Below are positions 27,191-38,200 of a stretch of 64,000 nt of DNA, in pieces. The notes below the pieces were generated by a model, which saw only the letters and a list, made by a program, of their open reading frames with translations, did no database searches and was not told the DNA's origin. The first letter of the stretch is position 1; every line of letters starts with the position of its first letter. The translations under genes were made by a program, and so were the position numbers. This stretch comes from an uncultured Candidatus Peribacteria bacterium (GTDB lineage Bacteria; Patescibacteriota; Gracilibacteria; GCA-2401425), in contig CAYXLW010000003.1 of the NCBI GenBank assembly GCA_964466055.1, positions 371-64,370 of the forward strand. Reading direction: 5' to 3'.

Positions 27191-28256
27191 TTAACCAAAG
27201 TTAATTGATTTATTATTTCTTACAGCCCAATTTTTATTAGGATCATAATATGCATCTAATTTGCTTTTATTATGAACTGATAAATAATACTTAAAATCAC
27301 CATTTCCTTGGACAAAAGTCATTCCAGGGATTTCTTGGTTGTTTATAAATACAGGAGTACTAAACCTAGGAATTCTATCAGATTTTGGCAAATTATGAAT
27401 ATCTAACAGATTTTTAAGAGCATGGACTATTTCTATTAAAACTTCTTCGGTATTTTTCACTTGGGATGGCTTTGGATAAAACACAAAATCAGCAACATGG
27501 GGATTATCAAGATCAAATTGAGACATTTTATACTGATTCATCATTTTTAATTCACCATTTTTTTGAGCTTCAACAATGCATTTAAGAACTTCAATTTTTC
27601 TTTCAGGTGGAACATTTAAGTGAATTTTATAAGTGTTTTGTTCCCATTCATATATTGTATTGAGTTCAGAATCACTTAATGTTTTTGATTTATCATTGAT
27701 TACGGATTCTAATAATTCTCGAGCTGGTTCTTTTTCAAAAGAAAAAGATGGGAGCCCGAAATAGTAATATCCATTATTGTGCTTACTATAAATCTGTTTA
27801 TTAATATCAAATATAGATTTTATATAAATTTCTTTTTCTTCATCAGATAATTCGTTAAAAGGAACTTGGTCTAAAGATTGATATTGAATATCGGCTAACT
27901 TTTGAAATATTTCTCCTCTGTCTAGAAAATCAGTTTGTAAAGCCCCCCCCCTTTTTATATGCATCTTGAGGAAACTTCCCAAAAAAAGATTTTAAAATAT
28001 TATAAATTCTTACGGATTCTAGTGCGATTTTTCTTAATTCGTCAGAAGATGGAGAGGCTGATAATAAGTTAGCAAATGCTAAAAATAATTGGTCAGCAGT
28101 CCTTCTTATTACAGCATAACTAGATCCTTCTTGAATAGTTAGAGTAGTAATCTCTTTATTTTGTGTAGAAGAAATTGTTGCAATATTTAAACTAAGTGGT
28201 TTAGCAGCACATAGTAGAGGTGATTCATAAATAGGAAGATTATCGATGATGGACAT
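27191..28256 (-). pseudogene. hypothetical gene split into two overlapping ORFs (27930..28256 and 27191..27982) at a G9 homopolymer
   Basis: The two ORFs overlap exactly at the 27943..27951 tract. Removing one G fuses ...DAYKKGG to ALQTDFLDRGEIF... into one ~355-aa ORF. Confidence 0.5.
27943..27951. repeat. C9/G9 homopolymer tract
   Basis: Read directly. This is the longest G/C run I noticed in this AT-rich window. Confidence 0.95.
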
Positions 28257-28332
28257 GATTTACATTTAAAAATCATGCTATTATAACATAACAACAACAT
28301 TAATACAAATAAGTATTATGTAAGATTTTAAA

Positions 28333-29505
28333 TTATAAAATCTTATTTATAAAATACTGTTGTCCAATAGAGAATAAAGTTGAAATTGCCCAATACATTC
28401 CTACTCCTGCTGGCATCGAAAGTGTAAAAAATGCAATCATAACAGGCATAACATAGGTAAACATTTTGCTCATCATTTTCATTTGTAATTCCATTATTCC
28501 ACCTTTTTCATCATCTTTAGATTTTTCTGATAACTTTTGTTTAGGAAAAGAAAGTTTCATTTGTAAAAATTGTAACCCTCCAACGATTATTGCGATGTAC
28601 CAAAGTGCCTTATGTGTAAGATTTATTCCGAAAAAATCAGGATTTATAATTGAATAATCAAATCCTTGGAACATATCATATAATAAATACATATTATTAT
28701 GCGAAAGACCACTTTTCATAACAAAAAATACAGCTATAAGAACTGGGAATTGAAGCAATATTGGTAAGCATGAACCAGCTGGATTAACTTTATGCTTTTT
28801 CCAAATCGCCATTGTTTCTTGAGCTATTTTTGCCTGATCCCCTTTATATTTCTCTTTTACTGCTTGAAGTTCAGGTTGAACTTTTTGCATAACTTTCTGA
28901 TTTTTTAAGGCTTTATGATTTGGAACGAGAAGAACTAATCGCACAAGAATTGTTAAAATGATAATTGAAAAACCAAGTGAGTGTCCTGGTAGTACAGATA
29001 CTAGCCAAATAAGTAAGTTATAAATTGGTTTATAGACAATCAAAACCCATGTAGATTTAAATATTCCAAGTGGTTTAATTTCAAATTCATGAGAAAAAAG
29101 TTTTCCTTCATATGGTATACTTATCCTGTATTTCCCAACTTCTCCAAACAATTTATCGCTTTCATTAGCATATGAGAAAACTCGTTTCTCTTTTGATGGT
29201 ATGATTAGGGGGTCCGTACAGTTTTCAGAGCTTACTCTTCTTTCTGAAATTTCTCCCCATTCACCATTTCTATATATTTCAACTTTTAGCGGTATTATTT
29301 CACAGTTATTATCAATTGAAATTTCTTTATCTGTATTATTAAAAACATCAACAGTTATAGCACTTCTAATTGTATATTTATCTTTTGCTAAAATTACAAC
29401 ATCGTCAGTATATTCTACTGGTTTTTTACCGACTCCAAGAAAATTTAGAATTAACCAAGCAGTTGCGAAGAAAAATAGAAATCTACTAATTTTTTGCATA
29501 TTCAT
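28333..29505 (-). CDS. yidC: membrane protein insertase YidC/Oxa1 family
   Basis: Multi-TM C-terminal core (GFSIIILTILVRLVLLP, CLPILLQFPVLIAVF, GVGMYWAISTLFSIGQQ). Position after rnpA-rpmH. Confidence 0.85.
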   Translation of the reverse strand: MNMQKISRFLFFFATAWLILNFLGVGKKPVEYTDDVVILAKDKYTIRSAITVDVFNNTDKEISIDNNCEIIPLKVEIYRNGEWGEISERRVSSENCTDPLIIPSKEKRVFSYANESDKLFGEVGKYRISIPYEGKLFSHEFEIKPLGIFKSTWVLIVYKPIYNLLIWLVSVLPGHSLGFSIIILTILVRLVLLVPNHKALKNQKVMQKVQPELQAVKEKYKGDQAKIAQETMAIWKKHKVNPAGSCLPILLQFPVLIAVFFVMKSGLSHNNMYLLYDMFQGFDYSIINPDFFGINLTHKALWYIAIIVGGLQFLQMKLSFPKQKLSEKSKDDEKGGIMELQMKMMSKMFTYVMPVMIAFFTLSMPAGVGMYWAISTLFSIGQQYFINKIL

Positions 29506-29515
29506 ATTAATGTGA

Positions 29516-29854
29516 TTAGTTATTATTTAATTTTTTAAATATTTCTTTAAAGCTTTCTTGAAGTTTATAAAAAGATGTATCTTTAGAATTAGCCTTCGGA
29601 AGGATAATAATGTCGCTACTTGGACGCAAGGAAAGAATGGAGTGGTGAATAGTCTCTCGAAATTTTCTTTTGAGCTTATTTCTATACACAGCTCTCTTGT
29701 CATATTTTTTGCTTACAATAACAGTAGCACGTGATTCTTTGTTTATATTTGTTAGAGATATTAAAGTAAAAAAAGGAGAATTAAACCTTTCTCCTTTTAA
29801 AAAAATTCTTTTTATATCTCTTTCTTCTCTCAATCTGTTTTTTCTTGGTAACAC
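29516..29854 (-). CDS. rnpA: ribonuclease P protein component
   Basis: LPRKNRLREERDIKRIF start, basic ~110-aa protein, in synteny rpmH-rnpA-yidC. Confidence 0.85.
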   Translation of the reverse strand: MLPRKNRLREERDIKRIFLKGERFNSPFFTLISLTNINKESRATVIVSKKYDKRAVYRNKLKRKFRETIHHSILSLRPSSDIIILPKANSKDTSFYKLQESFKEIFKKLNNN

Positions 29855-29887
29855 CTTAGGTAGTTAGAAAATACGTCCTCAGTAAAT

Positions 29888-30046
29888 TTACCAACTTCCA
29901 TAAAAACCCTTTGGAGAGGTAAGACAATGTCTTCCTTTTGACCTTCTGCTATTTATAACATTTCGCCCAGATGAAGTACTCATTCTGTGGAGAAATCCGT
30001 GTCTTTTTAGCCGTTTTCTTTTATTTCCTTTACTTCCTGGAACCAT
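29888..30046 (-). CDS. rpmH: 50S ribosomal protein L34 (52 aa, with short C-terminal extension)
   Basis: Not in the ORF track (<60 aa). Translation is [43 protein letters not shown]..., which fits the L34 pattern (KRxxxHGFRxRMxTxxGRxVxxxRRxKGR). Confidence 0.85.
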   Translation of the reverse strand: MVPGSKGNKRKRLKRHGFLHRMSTSSGRNVINSRRSKGRHCLTSPKGFYGSW

Positions 30047-30097
30047 GATAATTATTATTTATTTTCAAAGCTGATGGATTTTAAGCATCAAGCCCTT

Positions 30098-30883
30098 TCA
30101 AGTCAACTGAATTTTTTTGGCTTTTATTCTTTCTCCATAAAAAATAATTCCTTGTTCCTCAAAATTTTTGTAACAGTCTGTTGTAAAGAATTGTCTTTTA
30201 CTGTTTTTTGGTAGCAACTTCTCAATTTCAGGATGTCTTTCAAGATAGTCACATAACTTTATGGCAGCTTCTTTTCCTGAATCAATTATACTTACTTTTG
30301 TTCCCATAATTTTCTTAAATACTTGAATTATGTGAGGATAGTGTGTGCATCCTAAAATTAGACTTTTAATATTAGAATTTTTTAATGGACGAAGGTATTT
30401 TTTTAAAATTTTTCTACATTCAGGCGATTTACCTAATTTTTCTTCTATAAAAGGAACAAGAAGGGGCGCGCTTACTTGGAAAACTTGTTTTTCTTTATTT
30501 CTTTTTAAAATTTCTTTTTTATATGCATTTGTAGCAACGGTTCCTTTTGTAGCAATAACCCCAATATTTCCCTTACTTTCAATGGCTTTTTCAACCCCAG
30601 GAATTAAAATTCCTAGTATTTTTTTGTTAGGATATTTTTGTTGTAAATATCTTAAAGCTTCGGCAGAAGCTGTATTACAAGCTATTATTATAAGATTAGC
30701 TCCTAAATTCCACAACTTATTCACACACTCTTCGGTAAATTTTTGAATTGCCTCTTGAGATCTTCCTCCATAAGGGACACGCAATTGATCTCCTAAATAT
30801 ATGAAATCATAAGTAGGAAGAACTTTATTTAGTTCTTTTGCATATGATAATCCTCCTATTCCTGAGTCGAATATTCCAATCAT
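30098..30883 (-). CDS. murI: glutamate racemase
   Basis: IGIFDSGIGGLS, IIIACNTASA, LILGCTHYP. Confidence 0.93.
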   Translation of the reverse strand: MIGIFDSGIGGLSYAKELNKVLPTYDFIYLGDQLRVPYGGRSQEAIQKFTEECVNKLWNLGANLIIIACNTASAEALRYLQQKYPNKKILGILIPGVEKAIESKGNIGVIATKGTVATNAYKKEILKRNKEKQVFQVSAPLLVPFIEEKLGKSPECRKILKKYLRPLKNSNIKSLILGCTHYPHIIQVFKKIMGTKVSIIDSGKEAAIKLCDYLERHPEIEKLLPKNSKRQFFTTDCYKNFEEQGIIFYGERIKAKKIQLT

Positions 30884-30963
30884 TTATTTTTAATTAACAC
30901 AGTAGGTAACATTAATAAATGTCACCTACAATATAAAAGTAATTATTTATAATGCAATCTTAA

Positions 30964-31428
30964 TTAACTTCTTTCATCCTCAGAATATACACTTATATAT
31001 TCTCTTTTTTCATAGTTAAAGAAATCATCCTTATTAAAAAATCTTTCAAGTTCATTTTTTGCTGCTGGCTCATCTTCAGATGCATGCACAACATTACATT
31101 GTATAGACATTGAATAATCTCCTCTTATTGTTCCTGAATTTGCTTCTCGAGCATTAGTGATTCCACACATTGATCTAACTACTTTTACACAATCTTTTCC
31201 TTCCCAGCACTGTGCTATTATAGGTGATGATTGCATGAATTTAGATATTCCAGGGAAAAAAGGTTTATCTGCAATGTGTGAGTAGTGTTCTCTTAATAAA
31301 GAATCTGAAAGTTGCATCATTTTTATTGCAACTAATTTTAATCCTTTTTTTTCAAATCGATTGGTTACTTCACCAATTAGTCCTCTTTGGACAGCATCTG
31401 GCTTTAAAAGTACAAGTGTTCTTTGCAT
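30964..31428 (-). CDS. ndk: nucleoside diphosphate kinase
   Basis: RTLVLLKPDAVQRGLIGE, TIRGDY, NVVHASE (active-site His). Confidence 0.95.
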   Translation of the reverse strand: MQRTLVLLKPDAVQRGLIGEVTNRFEKKGLKLVAIKMMQLSDSLLREHYSHIADKPFFPGISKFMQSSPIIAQCWEGKDCVKVVRSMCGITNAREANSGTIRGDYSMSIQCNVVHASEDEPAAKNELERFFNKDDFFNYEKREYISVYSEDERS

Positions 31429-31572
31429 GGTTTTATGTATTAGTGATTTTAAAGTGAAAGTAATTTACTTGAAAAGTTTTTACGTTCAAGAAGAATTTTA
31501 GGATAATAGTTTTTTTATTTGACATATTTGGCTTTTTTGTTTTTAATTACCTCTTTTTAAAATGCCATAGAA

Positions 31573-32412
31573 ATGGATAGATTTATAAATAATTTTGAAG
31601 TCTCTTACGATAAAGAAGCATTAAGGGGTGTGTGTAATTCTATTTTAGAATATTTCTTAAAAAATAGACTTGATAAAAATAAAGCGGTCTTTTTAGAGAT
31701 TTTCCAAAATATAAAAATTATTTTTGGAGAAGAAGAACTTATTAACTATTTAGACAGCATAGGGGCTGATGAAAAAATCAGAGATTCATTTTTTCATATA
31801 AACCTTAAAGGAAGCTCTGGTTTTGCTCCATTAATGATTAAAAACACCTTGTATCCTCTAATTTATTTTTTAGATTCGAATTTAGATTCTAGTAACTTAA
31901 AACCGGATAGAATAACGTTGCCTGATATTTTTATAGAAGAAATTTCACATTGTGTGTTTTTTTTAAATCAAATTTTATTAAATCAAAAATCCCCTCACAA
32001 AGTTTTTACTGAACTTATCGCTGTTTTAGATAAACAATTCTATTATCTTGTTAATTCTTCTAATGAGGATGAATTCCTAAGTGCAATTAAAAGAGTTGAC
32101 AGTGTTAAAGATTCTCTTATAGAAATTTTGGGAAAGGAGGAAGAGGAACATTATTATTTTGCTTATAAGTGGGGTATTCTTTTATTTGAATTTTTGGTTT
32201 TTTTGCAAAAAGAAAAAAAATATGAGCTTAAAAATGCAATATTTGCCTTTTTTTATCATTATGATGATAGTTTTCGTATAAACTTTTTATTATTTGATTT
32301 TCCAAAAATCGCAATTGAGAGTGGATTTTCAATTAATCTAAAGGAAGCATTCCTTGACACAGAAAATCCTCAAGAATTTTTAGCATTTAAAAGAATCATG
32401 AATGAAATATAA
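31573..32412 (+). CDS. hypothetical protein (279 aa)
   Basis: Long ORF with no recognisable motif. Confidence 0.5.
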   Translation: MDRFINNFEVSYDKEALRGVCNSILEYFLKNRLDKNKAVFLEIFQNIKIIFGEEELINYLDSIGADEKIRDSFFHINLKGSSGFAPLMIKNTLYPLIYFLDSNLDSSNLKPDRITLPDIFIEEISHCVFFLNQILLNQKSPHKVFTELIAVLDKQFYYLVNSSNEDEFLSAIKRVDSVKDSLIEILGKEEEEHYYFAYKWGILLFEFLVFLQKEKKYELKNAIFAFFYHYDDSFRINFLLFDFPKIAIESGFSINLKEAFLDTENPQEFLAFKRIMNEI

Positions 32413-32431
32413 AATAAGATGAGGTAAAATA

Positions 32432-33304
32432 TTAGTTTATAACTCTAACTTCAAGTTCTAATTCAATATCAAACTTCACTTTAACTTTTTCTTTGGCAAG
32501 TTTTATCAACCTTAAAAAATCCTCGCTACTTGCATTCCCTACATTAATAAAGAAATTTGCATGAATTTCCGATATTTTTGCATCACCAATTTGAGTTCCT
32601 TTAAGCCCACATTGCTCAATTAAATAGCCAGCCGAATATTTATTAGGATTATTCTTATCATTCAAAGGATTTTTAAAAAAGCATCCAGAAGATTTCCCTT
32701 TAGGTTGTTTTTGACTTCTTTCTTTAATAAAACTTGTTATCTTTTCAAGCACATTTTCTCCTTTGGGGAAAGAGAACTTTCCTTCCCAGAAAATTTTATT
32801 TCTTTTATTTTTTAATTCAGAATGACGATAAGTGAATTTGAAATCTTCTTTATTCCAAATTTCTTTTTTCTCCGTTTTTAAATCAAAGACTATTGCTGAC
32901 TCTAAGAAATCTCCAATGCCAACACCTTGAGTGCCTGCGTTTCCGGTAACAGCACCTCCAATAGTAGAAGGATATCCAGCTAAATGGAATAAATCATAAT
33001 TTTCTTTTGCAAGTTGCAATATGGTGGCACTTAAAATATTCCCTGCACCCAAAACAACTAAATCATTGTTTCTCTCAAATTTTTGATTTTTTAAAATAAT
33101 AGTTACTCCTTTAAGTCCTAAGCTAGGCAATAGAACATTAGATCCCAGTCCAAGAATATTAATATCTAGATTATATTCATTAGCAAAACTTATAAGCTCA
33201 AGAAGCTCGTTCTCTTCTTTTATTTCATAAAAATATTCAGCAATGCACTCTATTCCTAGGGTGTTTTTATTTTTTAAAGAAAAGTTTTTTTGTATGTTTA
33301 TCAT
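32432..33304 (-). CDS. murB: UDP-N-acetylenolpyruvoylglucosamine reductase
   Basis: FAD-binding N-terminal pattern (ILGLGSNVLL), SSGCFFKNP, AGYLIEQCGLKG, HANFFINVG. Confidence 0.9.
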   Translation of the reverse strand: MINIQKNFSLKNKNTLGIECIAEYFYEIKEENELLELISFANEYNLDINILGLGSNVLLPSLGLKGVTIILKNQKFERNNDLVVLGAGNILSATILQLAKENYDLFHLAGYPSTIGGAVTGNAGTQGVGIGDFLESAIVFDLKTEKKEIWNKEDFKFTYRHSELKNKRNKIFWEGKFSFPKGENVLEKITSFIKERSQKQPKGKSSGCFFKNPLNDKNNPNKYSAGYLIEQCGLKGTQIGDAKISEIHANFFINVGNASSEDFLRLIKLAKEKVKVKFDIELELEVRVIN

Positions 33305-33316
33305 CTTTAGTATATT

Positions 33317-33396
33317 AGAGGTTTAACCTTGTATGTAAATTCTATTTTAAGATAATAGTGTATTTATTTTTCTTTTACATTTAAGGTTAAACCTCT
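33317..33396 (-). mobile_element. MITE-like element, copy B (reverse orientation)
   Basis: Same TIRs and internal sequence as copies A and C. It overlaps the last 3 sense codons and the stop codon of comEC, and ends 12 nt from the murB ATG. Confidence 0.8.
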
Positions 33397-34733
33397 TGTT
33401 TTAGTTTACTATTATCTTTTCCATAAAGCCTCCAAAAAATAAATCCTAAGAATAGAAAATAGAAAAGCCATATCCATCTTGGAACACTAATATCTGAGAT
33501 TTGTGCATAAGGTATTCTTGCAAAAAACTGAGCAAAAAATAAGCTTAATTTTAAAAATATAAAAGTAATGAATGTAAAAACATCAGAAATGAAAGGAATA
33601 GGAATTAATGATAAAAATCCAAAAAGCATTGCTAAAGGGATTTGGGGAACAACAAAAAGATTTGCAATAGGCGCGACAATTGAAAAAGTTTTAAAATTTA
33701 TAATTGTTACGGGCATTGTTGTAATTTGAGCGGCCATTGTCATTGCTATTGCTTCTTTTATCCCAAATTTCTCTGGTAATTTTTGAAAAAAATTAGGCAA
33801 TAAGGGTACAAGCCAAATAACGCCAACGACAGCAAGGACAGATAGTTGAAATCCAACATCATACACAAGCATTTTCGGTTGCCACATTGCCATTATTGTA
33901 ATAGTTAAAAGCATAGCAATTGATGGAGTTTTAGGATTACCAGTTTGAACGGCAACAAGCCCAATAATCCCCATAATTGCAGCACGAACAACGGCTGCAC
34001 TCATTCCTACAAAAATGGTGAAAAGAATAATAAAAATAAGAGAAATAATAAATGAAATTATTCTTGGCATAAAGCCGAGTAATGTTATAACAATTGCTAA
34101 AATAATTGTAATATTAGAGCCACTTACAGCAACAATATGGGCAAGTCCAGTTACTTGAAAATCTTTTGTGATTTCAGTGCTCATTCCTTTTCTTGCGCCA
34201 ATAAGAAGTCCTGAAAGAAATGAAGAATATGGCTCGGAATATTGTTCATTAATTTTATTTAAAAACTTCTTTTTATTTTTAAATAGCCAATAAAAAATTT
34301 TTGAACTAGGCTCATGCCCAATTTTTTTTATTCTTGGGTTTTGGATAATCCCATAAATTTCATATCTTGAAAGATAATTTTTATATGAAAACTCCTCATC
34401 TTCAGGAGGTGTTTTTAATTCTCCTTTAACTTCTAAAATATCACCATATTCGTATACAGGGAATTTGTTTGCATCAAGTAAAATTCTTCCATAAGCTTTT
34501 TTCCCATTATTTTCAAAAACTTCTAATGTATATTTTATTTTATCCTCCCTCTCATCAACTTCCTCATCAATCTTTCCCTTAAAAGAAATTTTAGTTTCTA
34601 AAAAGTGTGAAATGTGATCTTGTGATTTTTCTGAAAAAACAGGAATAATTCTAATTATACCAAAAGAAAAAAATATGGAAGAAACAGTAAATAAAATTGA
34701 TAAGAGTTTCAAAATATCTCTTCTTTGTAACAT
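33387..34733 (-). CDS. comEC: ComEC/Rec2-family DNA internalization channel protein (possibly longer at the N-terminus)
   Basis: Polytopic membrane protein with FQVTGLAHIVAVSGSNITII (competence-domain motif). The frame stays open upstream to 34892 and encodes further TM-like sequence, but without an ATG. Confidence 0.8.
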   Translation of the reverse strand: MLQRRDILKLLSILFTVSSIFFSFGIIRIIPVFSEKSQDHISHFLETKISFKGKIDEEVDEREDKIKYTLEVFENNGKKAYGRILLDANKFPVYEYGDILEVKGELKTPPEDEEFSYKNYLSRYEIYGIIQNPRIKKIGHEPSSKIFYWLFKNKKKFLNKINEQYSEPYSSFLSGLLIGARKGMSTEITKDFQVTGLAHIVAVSGSNITIILAIVITLLGFMPRIISFIISLIFIILFTIFVGMSAAVVRAAIMGIIGLVAVQTGNPKTPSIAMLLTITIMAMWQPKMLVYDVGFQLSVLAVVGVIWLVPLLPNFFQKLPEKFGIKEAIAMTMAAQITTMPVTIINFKTFSIVAPIANLFVVPQIPLAMLFGFLSLIPIPFISDVFTFITFIFLKLSLFFAQFFARIPYAQISDISVPRWIWLFYFLFLGFIFWRLYGKDNSKLKQEV

Positions 34734-35102
34734 CCAAATAACGAATAAAATTACACCAATTCCTAATATTATAAAAAAAATTGTCCATAAGAATTTTATG
34801 GATACAAAAAAAGATAAGAATATTGAGCTGATAAATGAAATTAACGCCGAATAAGTAAAATATGATTTTGTTATTTTTAAAATACTTTTAAATTATAAAA
34901 AAATGATAAAGGATTTTTGTGAATAAATTGTAAAAATTGGAACCACTTTTTTGTGAATAAAGTCACGCCATTTTAGTGTAATAAAATACCATAAATTATG
35001 TGTTATGATATAATTTAGTTTTTTAAGTAAGTATAAAGTTTTACTAAATTTGAAGAAATATTTTTTAATAAAATAATATTCTTATTTGTAAAGGGTAAAT
35101 CG

Positions 35103-35131
35103 TTGAGAAAAAGCCTATTTTTTGTTATAAT
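35103..35131 (+). promoter_or_regulatory. putative promoter TTGAGA-N17-TATAAT (with TG extension) for the 1105-aa ORF
   Basis: Hexamers read directly, ~75 nt upstream of ATG 35206. Confidence 0.5.
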
Positions 35132-35205
35132 TAACAGATTTTTTCACATTCTAAAATCGCACACAAAGTCTCAAATAAAAACAAAAATAAAAATACACTT
35201 ATTTA

Positions 35206-38200
35206 ATGCCATTCTTAAGCCTTTTACTTTGGCAATTTAACAAAAAGAAATCTTTCTTTTCAGAGGAGAGGTTAATTTTTATGGCAGGTGAAAATCTTAA
35301 CGATACACCAGCGCAAGAAACTCCTCCGGCTTCGGAGAATCCTAATCAAAGTTTAGAAACGCAAACACAACAAATGTCGGAAGAAAAAAAAGATTTTAAT
35401 GTTTTAAATAATAAGTGGGAGTTTGAAATGATGCCGATGACAATAGAAGAATTTGTTAGTAATCAATCTGCAGATATTTCTCAACTTCACAGTTTATTAA
35501 CTAATATTAATTCTAATCCTGAATTTAAGGGGCAACTAGTTAACTTTGCAGGAAAGAATCAAGAGATAGAAAATGATATTCAGAAATTAAATGAAGCATA
35601 TAGAGCTTTAGGAAAAGAAGAAATTCCTGAAGAGGTTTTGCGAATACAAACAGTTAAGCTAAGCAATGCGGAAACCGCTAAAGAGTATATTAGTAACGTT
35701 GCTGAAAGATCTAGGATTGAGTTTGGAAAACAATTAGAAAAATATGCTCAAGATAGAAGGCAGAAAATAATAACAGGGGTTAATTCTTTAAGAGAAAACT
35801 ATCCTGAACTTAATAATAATTCTAGCTTTAAAACCCAATTTCTTACTTTATTAAAAAGTGGAAGTGGCCTAGAAACAGAGCTTCTAGGCGCCATAAATGG
35901 ATTTAATGTAGGTGCTACTTCATATTTTAGAAATATAAAAGATACATTTGATAATTTTAAAAGAAATGCTGATGTATTAGATAATCAGCTTAAATGTTTA
36001 AATGAATTTATGAGTACGGATGATTTTATACAAGCTTTGAGTGATCAAACAGGAATACCAGTGGATGAATTGGAAGTCCCATTAAAAGCAGCTTTAGGAG
36101 AAGAAGGATTTAAAGCTGTTAAAAACGGCACCCCAAATGTTAGCGATGTAATGAATGCCTTAAGGTTTGCGTCTGAAGGAAATAAGGAGGAAAGGAAAAA
36201 AGAATTTGAGGCGTATAGAAATAAGTCGCCAGAAGAAAAAGAAAAAGATATTAAAAATATGCAAAAAGCAAGATCTGATGCAGAGGGAGATCCAAAATCA
36301 ATGGAAGAAAAGATAACCGGGGCTGAGAATTTATTAAAAGAAATTAGAGAAAGCTTTTTATCTGAGGAAGACTCTATTCTTGATAAAGTTGATTCTGATG
36401 TTAGAGATAAACTTTCAGAGATGTTAACTTTCTATGAAGATCAACTTTCTTATATTAAACAGGGGCTTGAGAATTATAACAATTGTCCTGAAGAGGATAA
36501 GCTCTCAAAATATGGCTTATCACTAAAAGATATGGATGGAAATTTGAATATGATCAAATCGGAGTTAATTAAATTTATAAAAGAAGGATTGCAAAGTAAA
36601 GATGGTAAAACTACCTGGGAATTTCGCAGTCCCAGATCACTTTGGTGGTCTATTAAGGGTTGGAAGGAGCTCATCACAGAACAAATGCAACGTATAGATA
36701 AAAAAAGTAAAACTGGATGGGATGAGACAATTGGTAATGTAGCAGGAAAAGTAACTTCTGGAGCACTAAAAAAAGCCTTTCAGATCGGATCACAAAGAGC
36801 TCAAACAGAAAGTGAAGCTATTGATAGAGAAGAAAGAGAAAAATGGAAAGAGTGGGATCAAAAAGATCCTCCTTATATGATAAATTTACTAAAAAATTTT
36901 AATGGTAATGATGTCCAATATTTCAGAGCATTATTAGAAGAGCTATCAAGAAAAGGTCTTTTAAGATGGGATGACCCTGTTATTTGGAGAAATTTCGAAA
37001 GGTTTTGTGGTATAAAAATGCCTAAAGCTGCTTATGATAACGTTCCTCTAAGGAATGCGACACTTGATCAGATGGTTATAGAAACTTTTGGAGACCAAGG
37101 TTGGTTTAAACAACATTTAAACGAAGCTACATCCAATCTTATTGGAAAATATGGAGAAAGACAAAAAGAATTTGATGCTATAGACGGAAGAAAAGATAGT
37201 GCTAAGGAGATGTCAGAGATTCTAAGAATTCAATATAACAATAATAAAGAAGCTTTTGATGAAGGCTATGGACAAATGAAGGATAATCCCTATTATTTTT
37301 CAACTAAAGACGAGGACTCCATTAAATATGCTGGATTATGGGTGAAAACAATGGACTCAGGTTCTTGTACGGATACAGAAAGATTTTTTCTTTTACTTAG
37401 AGGAATTGCAACAGGAATACTTCCAATGGAATATCTTGCTCATATAGAGGTTGATAAAATGTTTTTTAATGAAAGATGGCCAATTTTAAATTGGTTTAGA
37501 GATGGAAAGAAAAGATCAGATTATTTGATGTATGATAAAATGATAACAGGAGGTCAGGCTAATTGGAACTCTTCAAATAGAGAAGAATATTTTTTTAAAG
37601 GGCATACCCCTACTATTGAAAGATTTCTACATAATGAAATGATTTTTAATAAAGGAAATATTGATAGGGATAGTCGCGTATTAGAGAGATATGAAAAAGT
37701 AGATAAAGATTTTGGTGTAGCTCCAAGTACTTCGGAAAATGTTTATAAAAAATATATGGGGGCAAATGGGAGACAATTACGGCAAAATGCTGGAATGATG
37801 AATGATCTCGCATTTTGGTCTGGTCGTTTAAATTATTTTAGTGATTTCAATGTTAACGGAGAAGAATTGAGCAACAAAGACAAGGAACAAAACAGGAAAG
37901 TTTTATTTGATAATATGGGGGGATTTGTTTTAGCTGATGCTATGGCAAAAAGTAGATTTGATGGAGGCCAGGCTACAAGACTTGGTGATACAGAATATGA
38001 TAAGAATACTCCAGGTATGACACAAGCGGGATTACTTGTAAAAGAATTTTCAGCTATAGTAAAAAATTTTCTTACTGAATTTATGATGAAAACCAATTTT
38101 CAAACAAATTATGAAGGAGTAACCCAAAATAAAGAGACTGTAATTAAACTTTTATTTTCTAATGATTTGCACAAAAAAGAAATCCAAGAGGCATTAGGTT

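Noticed and set aside
28333-30046. Replication origin next to the rpmH-rnpA-yidC cluster
   Set aside because: No dnaA or dnaN is adjacent, because murI lies upstream of rpmH. I saw no cluster of TTATCCACA-type DnaA boxes in the neighbouring gaps.
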